From: a virus
Taxonomy: Duplodnaviria > Caudoviricetes
DNA: 24,087 nt
Virus record (IMG/VR): IMGVR_UViG_3300025502_001857
Location: 1 to 24,087 of that record
Strand: one strand, 5' to 3'
Shown: positions 18,188 to 24,087 of the stretch, in pieces
How positions within the stretch are numbered: position 1 is the first letter of the stretch
Layout of the letters: every line of letters begins with the position of its first letter
Translations under genes and position numbers: made by a program
Notes under the pieces: generated by a model
Databases searched by the model: none
Told to the model about the DNA's origin: nothing
What the model saw: the letters and a program-made list of their open reading frames with translations, nothing else

Positions 18188-19170
18188 GTTGTTAGCCTTG
18201 CATTGAATGGTTCCACATACAGTTGTGCTTGTTCTGTAATTTTTTGTAGATCGTACTTGGCACAAAATTGCATGAATCTTACACCTACCTGTGCGATCTG
18301 TTTGTTGTCTGCTCGGGCCTGGTCTATCGTCTGATCCAGCTCTTGCACGATGGCTTCTGGCTGTGCATGTAGGTCCACTAGTTGCATGTTCCTGTTGAAA
18401 TCTTCCAACACTCGATGTTCTTTGCCGTCTTTGTCCACCCATTTGCTCAACATTATATTGTTCCATGTGTAGCCTTTGTCAGCTCTGTCAGCGAATGCTT
18501 CTGTTAGGCCAATTTTATTCTTTGTGCCTTTGGTTCGGACACCTGGATATGCTGAAAATATATTGTCTGATGGATCACCTCTCATTGCTTTTTGGAACAG
18601 CAACCATTCCGGAGCATCCAACTTCTTTGGTTCTCCTGTTTTCTTGTTTATGACAGGGTTACCTTTTTTATCAAACACACCATCCGTTCGCATGGTCTCC
18701 TCAGTGACACCGTTGTACTGTGATACTCGATCAGATACCAATTGATTCATGTCCTTGTCTGTGCTAATAATCACACATTTTTGATCTGGATGTCGGTCGA
18801 CCCAACGAGCAATAAGATCATCTGCTTCCACTCTAGAATTCTGTAGCACAGTTGCATTGGTCTTGGTTCTCACAAACTGTACAAAATCATCATAACATTC
18901 CCAAAACAATTTGTTTTCTTCCTGTTCCGCTGGACTCATTGCATCTGCAAGATCTTTTCTGTTTCTTTTGTAGGGTGGGTAATGGTCTTTACGCCAGCTT
19001 CTGCCTTCTAGACAGAATATCACGTGAGAGCCATCAAAATCCTGCCAGGCCTTTTTAATCGAGTTTAGTGTGATGTGTATGGCCATGCCAATCTTCTCAG
19101 ATGCGTCTCCGCGAAATGCGTGTCTAGCCCTAAAAAATGTATTCGCTGTATCTACAATTATGTGTGTCAT
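18184..19170 (-). CDS. rnh: T4 RNase H-like / FEN-family 5'-3' exonuclease
   Basis: IVDTAN, EGRSWRK..YP.YK.NR, EADDLIA, ISTDKD, MRGDPSDNI, N..LVDL. Confidence 0.88.
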   Translation of the reverse strand: MTHIIVDTANTFFRARHAFRGDASEKIGMAIHITLNSIKKAWQDFDGSHVIFCLEGRSWRKDHYPPYKRNRKDLADAMSPAEQEENKLFWECYDDFVQFVRTKTNATVLQNSRVEADDLIARWVDRHPDQKCVIISTDKDMNQLVSDRVSQYNGVTEETMRTDGVFDKKGNPVINKKTGEPKKLDAPEWLLFQKAMRGDPSDNIFSAYPGVRTKGTKNKIGLTEAFADRADKGYTWNNIMLSKWVDKDGKEHRVLEDFNRNMQLVDLHAQPEAIVQELDQTIDQARADNKQIAQVGVRFMQFCAKYDLQKITEQAQLYVEPFNARLTT

Positions 19171-19487
19171 TAAGACACCTCAGTTTTGCCATCGTCTCGT
19201 CTGTTGACTTGCACATACCCGGCGCCTGTGACATCCACGCCTTGTTCGCCGCCTATGGTCTTGCATAAACTTTGAAACCAACGATCCACAATTTCTTCTT
19301 CAGATTCTCCTGTGTAGCCGTTCTGTTTCAACATGTTAACAAACTCGTCGTTCCAGTCCAACTCAAAGAATCCGTTCTTGGGATTTTCTGGATTAACATT
19401 CACTTGTAGCACTTTGACCATGGGATCTTCACTTTTACCTTTGGTCTTTTTCTTATCAGTTTTCTTTACAGTTTTCTTTACTTTCAT
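19170..19487 (-). CDS. Hypothetical phage protein
   Basis: 105 aa; GFFELDWNDEFV..L...GY.G..EEEIVDRWF; TAATG coupling to the RNase H gene. Confidence 0.75.
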   Translation of the reverse strand: MKVKKTVKKTDKKKTKGKSEDPMVKVLQVNVNPENPKNGFFELDWNDEFVNMLKQNGYTGESEEEIVDRWFQSLCKTIGGEQGVDVTGAGYVQVNRRDDGKTEVS

Positions 19488-19496
19488 AATATCTTT

Positions 19497-19525
19497 ATTA
19501 TAGTTTATTTTTCTTTTTTTGTCTA
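19497..19525 (-). promoter_or_regulatory. Sigma70-type promoter TAGACA-N17-TATAAT
   Basis: -35 at 19520-19525, -10 at 19497-19502, 9 nt before ATG 19487; no SD. Confidence 0.55.
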
Positions 19526-19528
19526 TGT

Positions 19529-20422
19529 CTATGTGCCAATTAAATTACCAAATAGATGCACATGTACTCTGGCCGCTACATTATAGCCTCTTTGAAAAGC
19601 TCTGCGAGCCACATCACCTGCTGTGTCTGATTGTTCTTCTTCTCGAGCACCCACGGGCATGATCCACACAGGATAATCCACCCCAGCATCGCGGAACAGT
19701 TTCAGCACTTCTTCCATGTCTGTCCACTGTTCGTCTCGGTTGCCCACAACAAATTTTAATTGTCCATTGGGACTGTGTTGCACATATTCGGCCACAATCT
19801 CAGGCTTGATTGCTTTTTCTCTGCGTTCGCCTGCCACTGTCCACAGTTTAGGAGATACAGAAAAGAATATTTCTGTGTGTATACTTGAGATTAAGTCTGT
19901 AAATTCGTCTGTCAACGTCTGTGTACCATTGGTTTCAAATGTGATGGAAGAAGGCAGATTGCCTCTTCGTTCTAATTCTCGATACATGCCAACAAACGCC
20001 TGTTGTGATTGCGGCATCAAGGGCTCACCACCTGTGATGCATAGATGTTGATGCTGTCCTGACACAGGATGTAGGAACAGACCTTTGGGATTGGACTCGT
20101 TTTTCAATATGTCAATGACTCGGTCCGCTAACTCTGAGGTAGTGGCTTGACCCATTAGATGTCGATATTTCTTTGCCCATGTGTAGGAAGAATCGCAACC
20201 TTTGTCCCACACAGGTAGATCCTCTACCCGTTTCACTTGGCTGACATCAAATGTTTCGTAGGGCAATTCGTATGTGTCTGGGTTGGTGGGATTCAATTGC
20301 CCAAATCCATCACACTGTAGATTGCATAGAAAGAATCTTACCCAAGCAGTGGGTATGCCTGTGTAGTGTCCTTCTCCCTGTATAGAGTAGAATATTTCTG
20401 AATAATAGTATTTCTTTTCCAT
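19529..20422 (-). CDS. queE: QueE-like 7-carboxy-7-deazaguanine synthase (radical SAM)
   Basis: YSEIFYSIQGEG, RFFLCNLQC...CDS, ITGGEPL, ETNGT, SVSPK, LKFVV, RVHVHLFGN; likely start ATG 20422. Confidence 0.85.
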   Translation of the reverse strand: MEKKYYYSEIFYSIQGEGHYTGIPTAWVRFFLCNLQCDGFGQLNPTNPDTYELPYETFDVSQVKRVEDLPVWDKGCDSSYTWAKKYRHLMGQATTSELADRVIDILKNESNPKGLFLHPVSGQHQHLCITGGEPLMPQSQQAFVGMYRELERRGNLPSSITFETNGTQTLTDEFTDLISSIHTEIFFSVSPKLWTVAGERREKAIKPEIVAEYVQHSPNGQLKFVVGNRDEQWTDMEEVLKLFRDAGVDYPVWIMPVGAREEEQSDTAGDVARRAFQRGYNVAARVHVHLFGNLIGT

Positions 20423-20423
20423 G

Positions 20424-20756
20424 TTATGCCTGATCCGGGAAATCCCGATATAAAAAATGTTGTATGGTATCTGTATTAACAAACTGATTGAAACCCACGT
20501 GTGCTCGATCCACCGCTTTGTCTGCAAGAGTTATGGTCATGGCATCGTCCATCTGTTGCATGTTGTCAAATTCCATGTCAATTCGGAACTCAGGTAGATC
20601 CATGGATCGAAAACCCAGTTTCATTCGAGTGATCCTGTAGCAGATCATTTTTTTATGCTCAACCAACCGATCTAGGAACACACTCATCTTAGCTACGAAC
20701 TCGTGTGCTGTGATGTTGTCCTTGTGGTCTGCGTATATGGTGTATATGTTAGCCAC
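20424..20756 (-). CDS. Hypothetical protein, DUF6614-like
   Basis: YRITRMKLGF...EFRIDMEF..M.Q.D.A...H...LYRDFPD resembles DUF6614 from memory. Confidence 0.55.
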   Translation of the reverse strand: MANIYTIYADHKDNITAHEFVAKMSVFLDRLVEHKKMICYRITRMKLGFRSMDLPEFRIDMEFDNMQQMDDAMTITLADKAVDRAHVGFNQFVNTDTIQHFLYRDFPDQA

Positions 20757-21139
20757 TATTTTTTAGCTTTCTTGTCCAGTCGAACCACATTGCCTGTGTT
20801 CAGATGTCCCACGGATTCTCTCCGAATGTCGTCATGATTGAACTCCGCCCAGTACAGCTCGAATGCCACACCATCTTCCATGCCTTCAAATGAATGATAC
20901 AGGCCAGGCTTGACTCGTGTGAAGTCGCCTGGGTTCAGTACAGTCTCATCCACGAGATCGTAATCCTTCTGCCAAACTCGGATCTTCATCCGTCCAGACT
21001 CCACGAAAAATCCATTCCATTTGTGTCGATGCAGGTGTTTGGAACAGGTACCACCCTTCTTGTATTCTATCCTGTGGAACTCCAACACACCATTGGCGTG
21101 TAACAGTTCTGTGGATCCCCATATCTTGCCAGCTTTCAT
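20756..21139 (-). CDS. Cupin-domain protein
   Basis: KIWG, CSKHLHRHKWNGFFVESG, PGLYHSF, DIRR. Confidence 0.85.
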   Translation of the reverse strand: MKAGKIWGSTELLHANGVLEFHRIEYKKGGTCSKHLHRHKWNGFFVESGRMKIRVWQKDYDLVDETVLNPGDFTRVKPGLYHSFEGMEDGVAFELYWAEFNHDDIRRESVGHLNTGNVVRLDKKAKK

Positions 21140-21145
21140 GTGTTT

Positions 21146-21174
21146 ATTATAACAGTATTTAGATTAAAAGTCAA
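21146..21174 (-). promoter_or_regulatory. Sigma70-type promoter TTGACT-N17-TATAAT (extended -10), probably leaderless
   Basis: -35 at 21169-21174, -10 at 21146-21151 preceded by TGT; only 6 nt to ATG 21139. Confidence 0.65.
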
Positions 21175-21195
21175 AGGGGGATGAAAATATCCCCC
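21166..21195 (-). terminator. Rho-independent terminator
   Basis: GGGGGAT-ATTTTC-ATCCCCC 7-bp stem followed by TTTGACTTTT on the minus strand, 12 nt after the transporter stop. Confidence 0.65.
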
Positions 21196-21207
21196 AATGA
21201 GATGTTG

Positions 21208-21828
21208 TTATTTGAACTTGTATTTTTTCTGTAGATGATTCAACAGCACACCGTATGCTGGTAAGAATACCAGTAGACCGACCGCGATCTTGATCACCAC
21301 CTGTGATCCCGCGATCTCAACCCAGTTGGCCGACATGTACTCGTTGGCGCTGTTGTTGAATGCCACCGCAAAGAAGGTGTAGGTGTCAATGATGTTGGCC
21401 GCGACGGTGGATACCGCTGGTGCCAACCACCAATTTTTACCTAGAGATTTTGATTCTCTGATGTACTGGAACACATACACATCTAGTAGTGTACCGATTC
21501 CGTACGCCGTGGCACTCGCGAAACCGATCCTCATGGCAACCGATTCAGGTGCACCTTCTGCCAGGACGACAGCGATGGATCCAATGATCGCGAACGGATA
21601 TGCGAAAGCAATGGTTTTCCTTGCTATGTTTTTGCCCAACAGCCTCACAGTCAAGTCAGTCGCGATAACAACCAACGGGAACGTGAATGCCGCCCAGGTC
21701 AATTTGACCCCTGCAATCTGCACAGGGATATTAACAAGTGCGTTTGAAATGGTAATAACTACCACATGCAGGATAACCAGTTTGATCAGCATTGATTGAT
21801 CAACATCTTTTAGTAATTTTTGTAACAT
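21208..21828 (-). CDS. yhhQ: YhhQ/Vut_1 (COG1738) queuosine precursor (preQ0/preQ1) transporter
   Basis: ISNALV..P, TWAAFTFPLVVIATDLTVRLLG..AR, RIGFAS..AY..G.LLDV.VF, WWLAP..ST...IDT..FF..AF; AGGAGG SD before ATG 21828. Confidence 0.9.
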   Translation of the reverse strand: MLQKLLKDVDQSMLIKLVILHVVVITISNALVNIPVQIAGVKLTWAAFTFPLVVIATDLTVRLLGKNIARKTIAFAYPFAIIGSIAVVLAEGAPESVAMRIGFASATAYGIGTLLDVYVFQYIRESKSLGKNWWLAPAVSTVAANIIDTYTFFAVAFNNSANEYMSANWVEIAGSQVVIKIAVGLLVFLPAYGVLLNHLQKKYKFK

Positions 21829-21836
21829 TAGTCCTC

Positions 21837-22304
21837 CTATTTGTCCCATTCTTCCCACGGAAACACAATCCAACGATCTTCGACACTCTTGTCGATCTCG
21901 TAGCCGTGATAGTCCACAGTGAACGGTGACGGTTTATTATTAATCACGGCCGCATAACGAACGTTCTCGTTGCGATCACAGTTGAACCGGATGTGTTCAA
22001 ATGTTGCTCCTGTGTCGTTGATGTCGTCTATGATTAAAACTTTTTCTCCCTTGTCCATGGCCCGATACAGGGCATCTAGATCGTGGGTGCCCACGTGATC
22101 CCTCAAACGCACATCCACGGGGATATGTTTCCTCTTGATCCTGTGAGACAGATACACACCTGGTACAACACCACCCCTGTTCACGCCCATTATTGTGTCA
22201 GGCATCCAATTGCTGTGCACCAGTCGATCCTCGATCTGAATCAGAGCATTACGCATCTGGATGTTGGTGAAATATAATTTATTTGTTACTTTCGTATCTG
22301 TCAT
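21837..22304 (-). CDS. Purine phosphoribosyltransferase (Gpt/XGPRT-like)
   Basis: GVNRGGVVPG, PRPP-binding LIIDDINDTGAT, WIVFPWE; ATG 22304 after GGAG. Confidence 0.85.
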   Translation of the reverse strand: MTDTKVTNKLYFTNIQMRNALIQIEDRLVHSNWMPDTIMGVNRGGVVPGVYLSHRIKRKHIPVDVRLRDHVGTHDLDALYRAMDKGEKVLIIDDINDTGATFEHIRFNCDRNENVRYAAVINNKPSPFTVDYHGYEIDKSVEDRWIVFPWEEWDK

Positions 22305-23334
22305 AAACTCCATTGATTACATTGTTAACTCTTACGAAATGAGCACACTTGGGCATGTCTTTAATTCTTCTTGCTCCGATGTATGTACAAGTGCTTCTTA
22401 CTCCGCCTAATATCTGTTCCACAGTGTCTCTTACAGGACCTCTGTCGTCTAGAACAACTGTTTTACCCTCTGTGCCACGATATCCGTCTTTGCGAGCACC
22501 GTGCTCATCAAACGCTGACTGTGAACTCATACCATAGAATACTCTTTTGCCGTCTTGCAGTTCAAATTCTGATTCCGCATGACCTGCTAACATACCGCCC
22601 AGCATCACGAAGTGAGCCCCTGCCGCTAGTGCTTTGGCCACATCGCCTGGCTGTGTGCAACCACCGTCTGCAATAATATGTCCGTCCACTCCGTTGGCCG
22701 CATCAGCACATTCTACAATGGCTGAGAATTGAGGCACACCCACACCTGTTTGTGTACGAGTGGTGCATACCGATCCCGGTCCTATGCCAATTTTCACAAT
22801 GTCAGCACCGTTGATGATCAATTCTTCTGTCATTTCTGGTGATACCACGTTGCCTGCAATGATCACCTTGTCTGGATATTCTGATCGTATCCTCTTTACA
22901 AAATCCACAAACTGCTCGTGATAGGCATTGGCAACATCTATAGTGATGAAAGGTATATCTGGAAATGCTGACATTACTCGTTTGAGAGTTTGATAGTCTG
23001 GGGCATTTTCATCCCACATGGCACCTGTGCCGGTGCAGGCAGAAACATATTTCAATCTCAATCCTGTGCTGACTGCTGTTTTCCACTCGTCAAATGTATA
23101 GTGTTTTCTTATCACAGTCATCATCTTGAATTCCTGTAGCACTTTGGCCATAGCAAATGTGCCCACGCCATCCATGTTGGATGCCATTATGGGAGTGTAT
23201 CTCAAACTCTTATTGGCATTACGAAAATGAAACTCTCGATAGATATCCACATCTCTCCTGGAACTCAGGGTGGAACGTTTGGGCTTTAGTAGCACATCTG
23301 AATAATCTAGATGTACGTTGTAATCAATTCTCAT
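22279..23334 (-). CDS. guaC: GMP reductase (GuaC type 1)
   Basis: LDYSDVLLKPKRSTLSSR, ASNMDGVGTF, IDVANAY, GIGPGSVCTTR, ADGG, FYGMSS, GGVRSTCTYIGA; no CBS domain. Confidence 0.93.
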   Translation of the reverse strand: MRIDYNVHLDYSDVLLKPKRSTLSSRRDVDIYREFHFRNANKSLRYTPIMASNMDGVGTFAMAKVLQEFKMMTVIRKHYTFDEWKTAVSTGLRLKYVSACTGTGAMWDENAPDYQTLKRVMSAFPDIPFITIDVANAYHEQFVDFVKRIRSEYPDKVIIAGNVVSPEMTEELIINGADIVKIGIGPGSVCTTRTQTGVGVPQFSAIVECADAANGVDGHIIADGGCTQPGDVAKALAAGAHFVMLGGMLAGHAESEFELQDGKRVFYGMSSQSAFDEHGARKDGYRGTEGKTVVLDDRGPVRDTVEQILGGVRSTCTYIGARRIKDMPKCAHFVRVNNVINGVYDRYESNK

Positions 23335-23594
23335 CGTTTATCCTCTGACTCTTTTAATTTGCACATCTTCAACACTGATTGATAGTGATCCCATGCCTGT
23401 TGCAGTGCTGGGTATTTCTTTTTAAGATCCATGTAGTCAAACACACTGTCAAACATGTCTGGTGTTCCGCTGTCAAACGCATCCACTGTGACCGATTTCG
23501 TTACTGATCCCACATTGAGATGTGGAATGTTTGCTACTCGTGCATCGTAGTTTAATTCTAATTGTGTGGGTTTTTGTTGTTTTTCTTTATCCAT
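23331..23594 (-). CDS. Hypothetical phage protein
   Basis: Probable ATG at 23594; KYPALQQAWDHYQSVLKMC; ATGA overlap with guaC. Confidence 0.65.
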   Translation of the reverse strand: MDKEKQQKPTQLELNYDARVANIPHLNVGSVTKSVTVDAFDSGTPDMFDSVFDYMDLKKKYPALQQAWDHYQSVLKMCKLKESEDKR

Positions 23595-24087
23595 TAGTAC
23601 CACACTGTGTTTCTTGTAATTGTATATTGTGCATGAACTCATTCTTTAATGCAGGATCCGTTTTCAATAAACCTTTTAACACTGTGGTCTGTGTGCTGGA
23701 GTTGGCACTTCTTATACCTCTGTTCTCACAACATCCGTGTCTTGCTCGGATATACACACCCACTGCTGGACTCTCTGTGAGTTTTGTAATCTCATATGCA
23801 ATCATTTCTGTTAATTCTTCTTGTAGATGTCCTCGATGTGCTAGATGCTGTGCAACTCGAGTGTACTTGCTCAGTCCAATCAACTTTGTACCTGGAAGAC
23901 AACCAATATAACATATGCCTGTCACAGGTTGATGATGATGTGAGCACATGCTTTTGATGTCTGACCGTACCACAATCAGTTGATCGTAACGACCGTCTTC
24001 ATTGGGAAATGCTGTCACTTCTGGCTTGGCACTGTATCTGCCTCCCATGATCTCCGTGATATACATCTTGGCAAGTCTTCTTCCTGT
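23587..24087 (-). CDS. folE: GTP cyclohydrolase I (5'-partial)
   Basis: Frame open to window end (TGRRLAKMY...); SMCSHHHQP, IGLSKYTR, LQEELT, HGCC..RG, T....G. Confidence 0.93.
   Translation of the reverse strand, partial: TGRRLAKMYITEIMGGRYSAKPEVTAFPNEDGRYDQLIVVRSDIKSMCSHHHQPVTGICYIGCLPGTKLIGLSKYTRVAQHLAHRGHLQEELTEMIAYEITKLTESPAVGVYIRARHGCCENRGIRSANSSTQTTVLKGLLKTDPALKNEFMHNIQLQETQCGTNG

Noticed and set aside
18188-18466. N-terminal extension of ORF 17681..18466
   Set aside because: Overlaps RNase H in another frame; the ATGA-coupled start at 18187 is more plausible.
20423-20527. N-terminal extension of QueE
   Set aside because: Overlaps the upstream gene; family similarity begins at MEKKYYYSEIF.
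21829-21873. preQ1 riboswitch upstream of the transporter
   Set aside because: Only 8 nt separate the PRTase stop from the ATG, and no preQ1 aptamer pattern was recognised.
22279-23334. IMP dehydrogenase (guaB) call
   Set aside because: Length, lack of CBS domains and KRSTLSSR / SVCTTR / RSTCTY motifs fit GuaC.
371-23911. Numerous short opposite-strand ORFs in the track
   Set aside because: All lie antisense to or nested in well-supported genes and lack recognisable motifs.

Overview
Gene-dense 24 kb segment that most likely comes from a large (jumbo/T4-like) tailed phage of an aquatic bacterium. This is inferred from the T4 RNase H-like nuclease, the AAA+/VWA-metallopeptidase pair, many short coupled hypothetical genes and host-like metabolic genes outside any bacterial operon context. 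The + strand (1-7698) is a glycan/small-molecule modification cluster: partial radical SAM, SGNH-like protein, NodU/CmcH carbamoyltransferase with a tiny unannotated upstream peptide, cupin, NAD-dependent epimerase, GT-like repeat protein, DegT aminotransferase and Gfo/Idh/MocA oxidoreductase. The - strand (7669-24087) carries a 7-deazaguanine/purine module (FolE, GMP reductase, purine PRTase, YhhQ/Vut_1 queuosine-precursor transporter, cupin, QueE-like radical SAM), RNase H-like exonuclease, an AT-rich two-gene insert with a 2OG-Fe hydroxylase, the AAA+/VWA pair, and a second glyco cassette (GT25, FkbM, GT-A, 5'-disrupted SGNH). Several near-consensus sigma70 promoters, an IHF-consensus site, a terminator and perfect palindromes are visible. 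No tRNA, rRNA, CRISPR or transposase was seen. All family calls are from motif recognition, not database searches.
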